Positions 41,838 to 51,222 of a DNA stretch of 64,000 bases are shown here, in pieces. This DNA is from a virus (taxonomy: Duplodnaviria; Heunggongvirae; Uroviricota; Caudoviricetes), in the IMG/VR virus record IMGVR_UViG_3300020034_000006, positions 1 to 64,000 of that record. One strand, 5' to 3'. The position numbers and the translations under genes were made by a program. Numbering within the stretch: the stretch's first letter is position 1; every line of letters begins with the position of its first letter. The notes beneath the pieces are model-generated. The model searched no databases, was not told the origin of the DNA, and saw only the letters and a program-made list of their open reading frames with translations.

Positions 41838-43790
41838 TCAGGCGATCTTGTCGACCACCGCGCGTACAAACCTGATCGCTCCTGTAGTTGATGTCTTGCG
41901 AATGACGAGTGGGCACCACCCCGCTATCTCGTTGACCACGGTCGTTGACAGACGAGTCGTGACCACAGTCGGGCTGCCCGCGACATTCGCCTTGGTCCCA
42001 CAAGAGACGAGGGATTGAGTTGCGCCGAGCCAACGGCCCAGAAGCGCCTCGATCGTGCCGAGCCCGGTGTCTTCTTGAGTGGTGACTGTCACGCGGTAGG
42101 TGCCAGGGTCGAGCCAGATGCGATGGCGCCGTTCACCCACTGTCGTGCCGCCGCCTGATTGGTCATAACCGCCAATTCCACCCGTCAGAGCGGTCCATGC
42201 TTCTGTCCAGGAGGACCGGAATGTGGGGAAGCGTGACGAGTCGATGATCAACTGGGTCGGCGTCACTGGCTGTTGAGAGATCGGTGTCGGATCGAGCACC
42301 TGTCCCATGGCGTCAGCGAACCAAATGTTGCCAGCCTCGTTGGGATGAACGGTATCGGTCGTCAGATCCGCACTCCACAGGCGGTCTGGCCGCATCGCTC
42401 CGAGGTCATAGACCGAAGCTCGGTCGGTCCCGAGCTGCACCGCTGCCGCTCGTGCGGCATTGACATAGGTCAGATCGGTGCCGGGCACCATAACGAACAG
42501 GACACCTGCGTCGGTGCTGCTGACCCGAGCGTCGATCCGGTTGACGATCGTCACCAAATCGTTCTGGAATTGCGTCGGCGTCCGACCGGTCTGATCGTCG
42601 TTGTAGCCAAGGAGGATGACGATGCCTCCAAGGAACAGGTCGCTGCCCGCTAGCATTGCCGACCACGCATTGGTCGCCTGCCCGGCCCAGGCGTCAGCGC
42701 CGAAGCCCGCGTGGGTGCCGTCGAGCAGGATCACGCTGTTGTTGCTCAGGAACGCGAGATCCCCGTCGTACCACTCGACACCTTCGAGGATGAACGTGCC
42801 GGAGTTTGGCGTCATCACCAACGTGTGGAACCCGTATTGTGCGTTTGTTCCAAACGTCGCCGATTGCCCCGGAAGCTCAGCACCGTTGGCGTTGATCACC
42901 GTCTGAGAAACACCATCCAGCGTGACAGCGCAAGCGGTGGGTCCGCCGGTCGAGCGGGTGTAGAAGACAGAGATCTTGTCGCCGAAGTACGAGATGGTCG
43001 CGCTGCCGGCCCCGGCGCTCGGGATGTTGGCAGCATGGAAGCCGAGGCCGTGGTCAATGTTGCCGGTGACCGAGCCAGTGAACGTCCAAGGATCGTCTGC
43101 GCCTGGCCAGTTGGCATCTCCGACCTGCGAGAAGACGTTGGCCGATGCTGGCAGTAGTCCGTGAGTTCCGGGCTGGTTACCCATGAAGCGTCGCCGCAGT
43201 CGGTCCATCATCCGGTTGCGGTACTTGCCTCCACCGAAGCCTTCGGTCATCGAGTCGCCGATCATCACGAGCTGGACCGAGAGACCACCCGTGCTTCGAG
43301 CGATGGCGAGCTTCTGCCGCCAGCGCATGACGGCTGCCTGATGCTCCAGGAACTCGATGCGCGGGATGTGTTCCAGACGGCTTGCCGCGTGTGCGATGAC
43401 TGAAGCCTGACCACTGCTGACGTCAACGGTGACGGTCACTGCTCCAGCAGAAACGTCGAAAGACGTTGGAGCGGTAAGTGTCTCCCTGGCCTTGTCCGAC
43501 GGAGTCCACTTGCCGATGATGAGCGGTTCCATGGTCCCATCGATGTCCTCGTTCAAGAAGAACTGGGCGATCGTATGGAGGAAGTTGTCAGTGATTGTGT
43601 CGTCGGCGATCACGGTCATGACATCGCCGTTGATCGTCAGGTCGAGAAACTCGGAGCCCAGCTTCGCCTCGAACGCACGGCCGGCGAGCGAGCCCGCAGG
43701 CCACCCCGTGATCGTGAACGTGATCGTGGTGCCCGGCCGGAACGTGAGGTTAAGGCCAGGCGGTCGGACATCATTCGTCATGATTGCCAC
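41838..43790 (-). CDS. SGNH/GDSL-hydrolase-domain protein (650 aa), putative virion-associated esterase
   Basis: Block I VQLVMIGDSMTEGFGG, block III LLGYNDDQT and block V DTVHPNEAGN (DxxH). About 250-aa non-catalytic regions flank the catalytic domain on both sides. Confidence 0.7.
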   Translation of the reverse strand: MAIMTNDVRPPGLNLTFRPGTTITFTITGWPAGSLAGRAFEAKLGSEFLDLTINGDVMTVIADDTITDNFLHTIAQFFLNEDIDGTMEPLIIGKWTPSDKARETLTAPTSFDVSAGAVTVTVDVSSGQASVIAHAASRLEHIPRIEFLEHQAAVMRWRQKLAIARSTGGLSVQLVMIGDSMTEGFGGGKYRNRMMDRLRRRFMGNQPGTHGLLPASANVFSQVGDANWPGADDPWTFTGSVTGNIDHGLGFHAANIPSAGAGSATISYFGDKISVFYTRSTGGPTACAVTLDGVSQTVINANGAELPGQSATFGTNAQYGFHTLVMTPNSGTFILEGVEWYDGDLAFLSNNSVILLDGTHAGFGADAWAGQATNAWSAMLAGSDLFLGGIVILLGYNDDQTGRTPTQFQNDLVTIVNRIDARVSSTDAGVLFVMVPGTDLTYVNAARAAAVQLGTDRASVYDLGAMRPDRLWSADLTTDTVHPNEAGNIWFADAMGQVLDPTPISQQPVTPTQLIIDSSRFPTFRSSWTEAWTALTGGIGGYDQSGGGTTVGERRHRIWLDPGTYRVTVTTQEDTGLGTIEALLGRWLGATQSLVSCGTKANVAGSPTVVTTRLSTTVVNEIAGWCPLVIRKTSTTGAIRFVRAVVDKIA

Positions 43791-44007
43791 CCATCTCTTC
43801 GAGTACGTGTATGACCTGATTCGTCAACCACTCAGCCGCTTCCACTCTGCGGTCGGGATGTGAGATATCCCAGTCGGCGTAGAGCGTGTAGTGGATCGAA
43901 TCGAGATAGCGCTCAGCGGCGCTTCGGATCTTCCGGCGGTCGCGAATATCCCTCACGAGGTGTGCTCGCCGGGATACCTCTTTCCGCAAGTTGTTGAGCA
44001 TGATCAC
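43771..44007 (-). CDS. Hypothetical small protein
   Basis: 78-aa ORF. Confidence 0.35.
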   Translation of the reverse strand: MIMLNNLRKEVSRRAHLVRDIRDRRKIRSAAERYLDSIHYTLYADWDISHPDRRVEAAEWLTNQVIHVLEEMGGNHDE

Positions 44008-44058
44008 GCCTGTGTTGGTCGCGGATGAAGATCTCTTCGAGGACTTCTCTGGTCGGGA

Positions 44059-45099
44059 TCATTTGTGTTGCTCCTTGACTGCATCAGCCCATGCCTCGAT
44101 CCATCGCATGGCGTTGCCTTCGATGGTGTTCAACTTCGCTATCGCTCTGCCGGCGTCGGCCATCTCGTCGCGCAGAAAGCGATCGCACACGAGAGACCAC
44201 AGGTGGGTCTCCCATTCCTCAGGAGTCGAAGCGAGCAGGCCAACTCCAAGGTCGTGGAACTTCTTGTAATCCGCCGTTGGCGATGCCACCCAGGGAACGC
44301 CCACAGCGGAGTACTCCAACGGCCTCAGTCGAGACTTCGACGCGTTGAACTCCGACAGCAGGAGTGGAGCAATGCCAATGCCGAGCTTGCTCAACTCGGT
44401 GGGCCAGTAGGTGAGCGGGACCCCGTCGGTGGCGAAGGGTTCTTCTTTCAGCTTCAACACCCGAGCTAAGCCACCCTTCGGCCCAACAACCTTGAAGGTG
44501 ACGCCTTGAGTGACGATGTTCGCTATCGCGTGTCCGAGGACTTCGAGATCGCCAGGGTGGGTCCTGACCGCTCCGCCCCAGCCGACCACTCCACTGTCCC
44601 GGTGCGGGATCTTGAGATAGGACCGGGGGACGCAGTTGGGGAGGATGCGGAAGCGCCCGTGGGGCGCATAGCGCTTGGCGAGTGCTTCGGTAGTGACAGT
44701 GACGAGGCTGGCTTGAGCGCAGGCCTTGACGGCGAACTCGTTGTACTCCCGAGCCCAGCAGAACGCTGCGTTGTCCACGTGGACGCAGGACAGGTCGTCG
44801 TCCATGTCCACCACGACAGCGATGCCCCGAGCCCGGAGCTTGGGCACTGCGTCCACCGTGGCTTGCGTGGCCGGGCGCTGGATGACCACGACGTCAGCGT
44901 CTTTGACGGTGAGGTAGTTGATGTAGTTGTCCATCCGCCAGCCGACGTAGCGATCATCGGCGACTTCGACCTGGGCCTCACCGGTAGCGCCTGCGGCGCG
45001 ACCGGGCCAGATCAGGCGGTAGAACCCGCACGGTCCACTGTCACCCGGCGAGATGAAGACCTTCACAGCACCATCGGGGCGGGGATCGGAACGATCCAC
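44059..45099 (-). CDS. GT-B fold glycosyltransferase (GT4/GT1-like)
   Basis: C-terminal LRPLEYSAVGVPWVASPTADY resembles the E-x7-E / G-x-P-V-V-A motif of GT4 enzymes. 346 aa. Confidence 0.55.
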   Translation of the reverse strand: MDRSDPRPDGAVKVFISPGDSGPCGFYRLIWPGRAAGATGEAQVEVADDRYVGWRMDNYINYLTVKDADVVVIQRPATQATVDAVPKLRARGIAVVVDMDDDLSCVHVDNAAFCWAREYNEFAVKACAQASLVTVTTEALAKRYAPHGRFRILPNCVPRSYLKIPHRDSGVVGWGGAVRTHPGDLEVLGHAIANIVTQGVTFKVVGPKGGLARVLKLKEEPFATDGVPLTYWPTELSKLGIGIAPLLLSEFNASKSRLRPLEYSAVGVPWVASPTADYKKFHDLGVGLLASTPEEWETHLWSLVCDRFLRDEMADAGRAIAKLNTIEGNAMRWIEAWADAVKEQHK

Positions 45100-46343
45100 C
45101 GCCCCTTGAAGTCAGGGTGGTTCCTGATGATCGCGGGTGCGTAGTTCCAAGCCAGCACGAGGATGTCATCGACCCCGCTGAGGTCTTCTCGCGGAGGGAT
45201 GATCTTGATTCCCGTGCCAGGGACGAACCGGCCCTGCTTGGCAGGAGTCGAGTCGATGATCGAGGCGAGGTCGTAGCTGTCGAGCCCGCAGTAGTTCAGG
45301 AGCGTTGTTGCCTTGGCTGGTGCTCCATAGCCGATGGTCGTGCCGCCCTCCGGCCCCGTGTACAGCAGCTCGACCAGGCGATCGCGGATGCGCTCGATAC
45401 GCCCCTGGAAGCCCCTGTAAACGCCTGGCTGACACAGCCAGGTCTCCTTGGCCACCACGGCGTCCTGTGCCCTCTGGTTGGGTCCTAGGGGCCGCTTGGT
45501 GGCAGTGACCCGAAGGGAGCCGCCCTGGCGGTCGGTCAGCTCGACCCGAGCGACGTTCAGGCCCCATTGAGCCAGGGCGCTGCGCAGGCTCGTGAGCGAG
45601 AAGAAGTTGCGGTGCTCGTGGTAGACGAGATCGAACGCGTTGTTGACCAAGAGGTCTGGGAGGTACTGCACCTCGATGAACGCAGCGCCGTCGTCGGCCA
45701 GGAGATGGGCAATCCCTCGAACGACCTCGCTGACCGACTCGACATGAGCGAGGACGTGGTTCGCCACGATGACGCCAGCAGGGCCAAGCTGCTCCCGGAT
45801 GTCGTGAGCCACGTCCATGTTGAACGGCTCTTCAGTGACGTCAAGGCCTCGCTCGCGTGCCACTGCCACCGGGCCCGAGGCCGGGTCTACTCCGACCGCC
45901 TTGCAGCCGGCCTTGGCAAAGTGGCGGAGCATGTCGCCGTCGTTGCAACCGATCTCGACCGTCAGCCGCTTCGCTTCAGGCTTGTGGTAGTCGAGGATGA
46001 AGCCGGCGTAGCGCTCGTGGTAGTCAGACAGCGGCGCCGAGGCCGAGCTGTAGAAGGAGTAGCCGGTGCCGAACAGCGTCTCGTGGTCTACGACCTCAAG
46101 GAGCTGAACGAGCCAGCATCCGGTGCAGACAGCGACTTGCAACGGGTAGCGGGGGCTGACCTCGCCGTGGGTTGACGTGTACGCATCAGCGATTGGCGAC
46201 AACCCCAGATCGAGGAACATCTCAAGGTCGTCGTAACCACAGGCGGCACAGGTGGTGCGCTTCATCCGTTGAACCCCAATCTCGATGCGATGGCTTGGAC
46301 TGTCCCCCTCAGGACTGCGTCGAAGACGTAGGGCGGCGTCCAC
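45063..46343 (-). CDS. SAM-dependent sugar C-methyltransferase-like (zinc-finger + MTase + C-methyltransferase C-terminal architecture)
   Basis: N-terminal CAACGYDD...CTGCW Cys4. Motif I VEIGCNDGDML. The three-domain layout matches TylCIII/NovU-type deoxysugar C-methyltransferases. Confidence 0.65.
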   Translation of the reverse strand: MDAALRLRRSPEGDSPSHRIEIGVQRMKRTTCAACGYDDLEMFLDLGLSPIADAYTSTHGEVSPRYPLQVAVCTGCWLVQLLEVVDHETLFGTGYSFYSSASAPLSDYHERYAGFILDYHKPEAKRLTVEIGCNDGDMLRHFAKAGCKAVGVDPASGPVAVARERGLDVTEEPFNMDVAHDIREQLGPAGVIVANHVLAHVESVSEVVRGIAHLLADDGAAFIEVQYLPDLLVNNAFDLVYHEHRNFFSLTSLRSALAQWGLNVARVELTDRQGGSLRVTATKRPLGPNQRAQDAVVAKETWLCQPGVYRGFQGRIERIRDRLVELLYTGPEGGTTIGYGAPAKATTLLNYCGLDSYDLASIIDSTPAKQGRFVPGTGIKIIPPREDLSGVDDILVLAWNYAPAIIRNHPDFKGRWIVPIPAPMVL

Positions 46344-47284
46344 CCGGCGTCAGTGATCTTCGAGGTGTCGAGCGCGTAGCGCAGCTCGTGCCCCGGGCGG
46401 GCGTCGTTGCTCTCAATCCAGTTGAGAGTTGGCTGCTTACCCATGTAGTGCCCAATGGCGATGATCAGCTCTCGGCAAGAGACTTCTGGGCCGGCGATGT
46501 TCCAGCGCGAAGGCTTGGTGAAACGCGGCCAGCGCTGCGGAGGCTCGCCGAGTAACCACCTGAGGGCGTCGGCATAGTTGCGAACGTGGGTCCAACACCG
46601 GCTAGCCGAGATCCAGTCGCCCTCGCTGTTGCGCTTGCCGTAGACGTCGACAGGCTCGTTGGCGGCAATCCGTTGCACGACGCTGGGGATGAAGCGCTCG
46701 GCGGGCTGGTCGAGGCCGAAGAGCTGCATGGTGTTGGTGATCACCAGGGGCACCCCATAGGTCCGCCACCACGCGATGGCAAGAGCCTCTTGAGCTGCCT
46801 TGCTCCCCGAGTAGGGAGTGGGCGGCGCAATCGCCGACCACTCCATCTCGCCACCCGTGAACATCGAGGGTCCGTAGACCTCGTTGGTGGAAGCGAGAAC
46901 AAAGTGAGTGAGGTTGCGCCGCTCTCGGGCCCATTCGAGCATCGTGAGGATGCTGTTGATGTTATTGAGGACGTGGTTGACTGGGCCTTCCTTGAGAAAG
47001 GCGTGGACGTCTGCCGACGCGGCTAGATGGAGCACGCAATCGACTTCGCCGATGGCCTCATCGAGCTGCCAGGAGATCGGTGCTCTGAGGTCGTGATACA
47101 GCCGGGTGACGCGTTCGCGGTTGGCCGAGTTACCACGGGGCGAATCGAGAGCGACGATCTCCCAGTCGGTGGTTTCGAGTAGGTGGTCGATCGTGTGGCG
47201 GCCGGCGAAGCCCCGGCCGCCCGTGATCAGGACTCGCACGGCTTTCCCCATTTCGACTCGAATAGGAGTTCGGATCGATCCCAC
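46262..47284 (-). CDS. NAD-dependent epimerase/dehydratase (extended SDR; nucleotide-sugar 4,6-dehydratase/epimerase family)
   Basis: Rossmann motif VLITGGRGFAGRH and catalytic YSGSK (YxxxK). Confidence 0.75.
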   Translation of the reverse strand: MGSIRTPIRVEMGKAVRVLITGGRGFAGRHTIDHLLETTDWEIVALDSPRGNSANRERVTRLYHDLRAPISWQLDEAIGEVDCVLHLAASADVHAFLKEGPVNHVLNNINSILTMLEWARERRNLTHFVLASTNEVYGPSMFTGGEMEWSAIAPPTPYSGSKAAQEALAIAWWRTYGVPLVITNTMQLFGLDQPAERFIPSVVQRIAANEPVDVYGKRNSEGDWISASRCWTHVRNYADALRWLLGEPPQRWPRFTKPSRWNIAGPEVSCRELIIAIGHYMGKQPTLNWIESNDARPGHELRYALDTSKITDAGWTPPYVFDAVLRGTVQAIASRLGFNG

Positions 47285-47886
47285 ATCGCCTTGACCTCTT
47301 CGGACTTGAAGCCAAGCGTCGAGTGGTGATGGGTGTGGATGTCGGCGACGACCACGCGCATGCCCATGTTGCGGGCCTCCATGCAGACATCGTCGTAACC
47401 CAGGAACTCGTACCGAGCGTCAAAGCGAAGATCCCTGATCGCCCATGGCGTGAACACCATGAAGCTGCCTTCGATCATGTCGACGTCGCCAACGCGCTGT
47501 TCACCGAATGCCACCATCCGCGTATCGGTCATCTGATGCCCGATGGGATCGTGGTTCCACCACCAGAGACTCGGACCGCCGCCTGCCACGCCGATGAGTC
47601 CTACGCCTGGCTCGATGGCAGCCCGGATCTTGTCCTCGATGTCCGGATCGATCATCTCAAGGTCGTCGTGCAGCAGCACGACGGCCTCAAGTTGGTCTAG
47701 ATCGTTGGGTCCTTGGTATCCGGCATACGCATTCAAGATCTTGTTGTAGGCGACGCTGATCGACTTCTGTCCGGAGATGGCGATGAAGGGTCGCTGCTTG
47801 ATGTTGGGAGCGACGAACCGGCCGAACTTCTCCCACGAACCTACGCAGCACCCATACGCGATCATGGGTGGCCCATCGACTGCCAC
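47227..47886 (-). CDS. Glycosyltransferase-like (GT-A fold) protein
   Basis: VLLHDDLEMIDPD is a DxD-like acidic motif. 219 aa. Confidence 0.4.
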   Translation of the reverse strand: MAVDGPPMIAYGCCVGSWEKFGRFVAPNIKQRPFIAISGQKSISVAYNKILNAYAGYQGPNDLDQLEAVVLLHDDLEMIDPDIEDKIRAAIEPGVGLIGVAGGGPSLWWWNHDPIGHQMTDTRMVAFGEQRVGDVDMIEGSFMVFTPWAIRDLRFDARYEFLGYDDVCMEARNMGMRVVVADIHTHHHSTLGFKSEEVKAMWDRSELLFESKWGKPCES

Positions 47887-48506
47887 AGCTTCATGTCGTT
47901 GGCCGTAGCTTCACCGACACCCGGTATGGAGTTGAGGGTGTGAGACCAGAGGTGTTTGGCACTGACGCCTTCGAGCGTCGCTACCACCTTGCCGTTCCTT
48001 TCGATCTTGCGAACAAGGTCATCGTCGCCACACCAGAACTGGAACCGCTCATCGATCGCACGCCAACAACCGCTCTTGACCATGAACACCCAGGAGTTGA
48101 TTCCCCCGAGACGAACAGTCCCAGAGGTGCGCCTCACCCGTCGCGGCTGGCAGCGGGTGTTCTGGTTGTCTCGATCGACGGAGATCAGACCGAGATCGAC
48201 GTTGCCATCAAGCTCGGCGGCGAGGGCGTCGAGGCTGCCAGGCGCAAGCTCGATGTCGTCGTTCAGGAACGCCAGGTGCGCGTGGGTGTTCCACTCATCA
48301 CCGAACTCGTTGAACTCCTGATAGATGGTCTGACCGGGGCGATGCTTGGAGTACTTGATGTGGCACGTCGCATCGTCGCTGTTGTCGTAGACGCCGATGT
48401 AGACCACTCGGCGCTCGTTGAGGCAAACCTCGATCAGGTCATCGAGCATCTTCCCCGAGCGGCCGATGGACGGGATGCAAACCGCTATGTACTTCATCGC
48501 AGCCAC
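47862..48506 (-). CDS. Family-2-like glycosyltransferase
   Basis: YIAVCIPSIGR N-terminus with AFLNDDIEL and CGDDDL acidic motifs. Confidence 0.5.
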   Translation of the reverse strand: MAAMKYIAVCIPSIGRSGKMLDDLIEVCLNERRVVYIGVYDNSDDATCHIKYSKHRPGQTIYQEFNEFGDEWNTHAHLAFLNDDIELAPGSLDALAAELDGNVDLGLISVDRDNQNTRCQPRRVRRTSGTVRLGGINSWVFMVKSGCWRAIDERFQFWCGDDDLVRKIERNGKVVATLEGVSAKHLWSHTLNSIPGVGEATANDMKLWQSMGHP

Positions 48507-49117
48507 AACGTGTCGTGCTCGTGCGTGTAGCCAGCAGGCGGTTCAGGTGAAGAGAAGTAACCGGCGGCGCTGTAGCGCCACCGGTCAGCCGGCAGGGGAT
48601 GCCCGTGCCAAGCCCTGTCGCTGGCCTCCAATACAACCGTCCGGTTGAACTCGGGAGCGATGCGGATCTCCTGCGGGGGCTCGACACCTTCGAGGTGCAG
48701 ACGACCGCCCTCATCCGTCCACCCCTCGTTGAGGTAGACGAGCACGTTCAACCGCCGATAGAGCTTGGTCACCTGACTGCGGTTCCAGTCGGTGTGAACA
48801 TCGAGGTAGCCGCCTGGCGGGATCAGATGGCACCCGCTGTTCTCTTCCATCGTCAGATCCGGGACACCGAAGGCCTCGCTGAGTACAGGAGTCAGCGCAC
48901 GAATGCCATCGAAGAGAACGCTCGTCTGAGGACCAAACAGGTCAGCCGGCGCGTCGAACTTGTTCTCGCGGTCGTTGTCGTATTGGCGACAGTGAGAGAC
49001 ATCGATGAGACCGACCTCTTCACGCACGGCTTTGAGGACATCCTGATCCCAGTAGCCATCGACAACGGCGTGGGGGAAGGGCTGCTGGTTGACTTCCAGC
49101 ACCAGGGACTTCGTCAC
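48494..49117 (-). CDS. 2OG-Fe(II) oxygenase superfamily protein (prolyl-4-hydroxylase-like)
   Basis: GTG start at 49117 (GTGA overlap). HLIPPGGYLDVHTDW gives H-x-D, and a distal WHGHP...R completes the facial triad. Confidence 0.5.
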   Translation of the reverse strand: MTKSLVLEVNQQPFPHAVVDGYWDQDVLKAVREEVGLIDVSHCRQYDNDRENKFDAPADLFGPQTSVLFDGIRALTPVLSEAFGVPDLTMEENSGCHLIPPGGYLDVHTDWNRSQVTKLYRRLNVLVYLNEGWTDEGGRLHLEGVEPPQEIRIAPEFNRTVVLEASDRAWHGHPLPADRWRYSAAGYFSSPEPPAGYTHEHDTLWLR

Positions 49118-49770
49118 TTGCTGTCTCCTCTCGCGTCGTAGGCCCACTGCTTCGTCCCGATGTGTTCCCTCCAAGAAAGACCGGCCGTGTTCTCGCCATT
49201 GCGGACAGCCGCCCACGTCTTGTGTGGGCAATGCGCGAAAGTCGCTCCGGCGCGGAGCAGCTTTCGCCAAGCGTCGAGTACTTCGCAGTAGCGAGGGTCC
49301 CATCGTTCGAGCCTGAAGTCGTGAAAGCCGCCAATGCTCTGCATCAGCCTGCGTCGCACGAGCACCGGAATGGGGATGAAGTTGCCGTAGTCGAGGATCT
49401 GGCGTCGAGCATCTAGATCGAAGGGACGCTTGAACGGGTCCTTGCCTCTAATGGCAAGTGGGTTCTTGGCGGGTGGCAGGATGTCGTGCCACGGATAGAC
49501 GAGGTCGGCCCCGGTCTTCTGCTGCGTGCGTTCGAGCTGTTCGAGATGACGCGGGTACATCTCGTCATCGTCATCAAAGAAAGCGATGAAGTCGGACGTG
49601 GCCCAACCGATACCGGCATTGCGGGTCACGGCGGCACCCTTGCCTTCCCTGTCCGTGACGACGATGACCTCATCTGGCTGTCGCGTCTGAGCGTCGATCT
49701 GACGACGCACGGCCTCGACCGCCTCGGCCCTCGGTGGGATCGTCGGGATGACAACAGCGATGCTCACCAT
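49114..49770 (-). CDS. Family-2 glycosyltransferase
   Basis: SIAVVIPTIPPR N-terminus and FFDDDDEMYP DxD. Confidence 0.65.
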   Translation of the reverse strand: MVSIAVVIPTIPPRAEAVEAVRRQIDAQTRQPDEVIVVTDREGKGAAVTRNAGIGWATSDFIAFFDDDDEMYPRHLEQLERTQQKTGADLVYPWHDILPPAKNPLAIRGKDPFKRPFDLDARRQILDYGNFIPIPVLVRRRLMQSIGGFHDFRLERWDPRYCEVLDAWRKLLRAGATFAHCPHKTWAAVRNGENTAGLSWREHIGTKQWAYDARGDSK

Positions 49771-50366
49771 CGGTCGCCTCGGCCGCTGGTGTTACCGGCA
49801 TGGGCGGAGTAGTGCCACGTCACCCGCGGGTCGTGCGCCCACTGGCTCGGCTCGGTGAGCTTGATCAGTTGCAGGAGGAAGATGTAGTCCTCGTTGCCGT
49901 AGAACTCTTCGCCCGGAGCGGGCCCCGGGAAGTAGCACTGCTGGGCCAACTCGGTGTTCACCAAGTACGTGATGCCGAAGAGGTGCGGATGCTCGAAGTC
50001 CATCGCCTTGTGGCGATGGCACCTATCGGGGCATCGCTGTTGCTCGCACTCGTAGTCCCAAACCGGGTTACCATCCCACCACGACCAACAGACCAAAGCC
50101 CCGGTCTGCTCTTGCACCTTCATGAGCGTGTCGAGGTGGCTCGGGTAGAGGTAGTCGTCGTCGTCTAGGAACGCTGTCCACTCCGTAGAGACGTTGCGGA
50201 GGGCTCGGGTCCTGGTGGGCCCCGCTCCCTCGTGGCGGAGGTCTAGGGCGACGCTGATGGCCTCTGGGGGCCTTACCTGGTCGAGGGCCGAGCTGATCGC
50301 TCGATTGAGCATGTCCACCCGCGGAGGGATCGACGGGATGGCGACGGTGACGCCGGGTGTCATCAC
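49764..50366 (-). CDS. Family-2 glycosyltransferase
   Basis: VTVAIPSIPPR N-terminus and FLDDDDYLYP DxD. Paralogous to the 49114..49770 gene. Confidence 0.65.
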   Translation of the reverse strand: MMTPGVTVAIPSIPPRVDMLNRAISSALDQVRPPEAISVALDLRHEGAGPTRTRALRNVSTEWTAFLDDDDYLYPSHLDTLMKVQEQTGALVCWSWWDGNPVWDYECEQQRCPDRCHRHKAMDFEHPHLFGITYLVNTELAQQCYFPGPAPGEEFYGNEDYIFLLQLIKLTEPSQWAHDPRVTWHYSAHAGNTSGRGDRW

Positions 50367-50644
50367 TCGCTCCCTGCCTTCTCGAACTCGACCACCTGGA
50401 TGTCGATGTTGCTGGTAAGAACGAGAACCCGGCAGTCTTCCGGGAAGTGCCTTTTGACATGCTTCGAGATCTCGTGGAACTGCTTGGCGCTCGCGTTCTC
50501 AGGCAGCGTGATGACGAGAATGTCATCGGGTCCGACGACGAGGCGCCTGACGTCCTCGATCTTGATGTCACTCACGGGTGCCACTTCCGTAAGGGCACTC
50601 GGTGCAGACCTCGTCTTCTTTGCCGGGCCAGACGATGTGACCAA
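50363..50644 (-). CDS. Hypothetical protein
   Basis: 93-aa ORF. Confidence 0.4.
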   Translation of the reverse strand: MVTSSGPAKKTRSAPSALTEVAPVSDIKIEDVRRLVVGPDDILVITLPENASAKQFHEISKHVKRHFPEDCRVLVLTSNIDIQVVEFEKAGSE

Positions 50645-50954
50645 CCGTCCAGGTGCTCACGGATGCAAGTCCGGTGTCGCCGGCCATCCGCTCGACGTGG
50701 CGGCGGTACTCGTCGCTCCACGGAGCTACCGAGTCGTCCTGCTCATCGAGCCGACGTCCCCACTGCTCCGCGTGGGTCTCCTCGATCCGTACGAAGCCGT
50801 TCCGCTGGATGTCATCGACGTACTCGCCTGGCACCTTGATGCCATGGCTGTAGTCGGAGAACCGCCAGGGGCGTCCTTGGCTGTCCGTATCGGCGTAGCT
50901 CTCCCGCTCGTAACGCGTGATGTGGGTGGGGTTGGGCTTACGTGACCCTGCCAT
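50568..50954 (-). CDS. Hypothetical protein
   Basis: 128 aa with CTECPYGSG. Confidence 0.4.
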   Translation of the reverse strand: MAGSRKPNPTHITRYERESYADTDSQGRPWRFSDYSHGIKVPGEYVDDIQRNGFVRIEETHAEQWGRRLDEQDDSVAPWSDEYRRHVERMAGDTGLASVSTWTVGHIVWPGKEDEVCTECPYGSGTRE

Positions 50955-51222
50955 CGGCTTCCTTCTTGTGAGGTTCGAGTTCGGTCCGGGTGACAGTCAC
51001 TTCGCTGCCGAAGCGAGAATGGAACTCGCTCAAGCGGCCGGCGACTAGCGCCTTCATGCAGGTGCCACAGAGCAAGATCTGTTCTCGATAGGGGTCACGT
51101 TGAGTGCCCTGCTGCCCCCCGACCGGACAGGAGAAGATCTCGCCAAATGCCATGCAGTTAGTGCAGAGGCCTCTCACTAGTGCCACTCCTCTGTCGGTCG
51201 TCGTAGTGCGCATATTGCTCAA
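50938..51222 (-). CDS. Hypothetical zinc-ribbon protein
   Basis: 94 aa with CTNCMAFGEIFSCP...CGTC. Confidence 0.35.
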   Translation of the reverse strand: MSNMRTTTTDRGVALVRGLCTNCMAFGEIFSCPVGGQQGTQRDPYREQILLCGTCMKALVAGRLSEFHSRFGSEVTVTRTELEPHKKEADGRVT

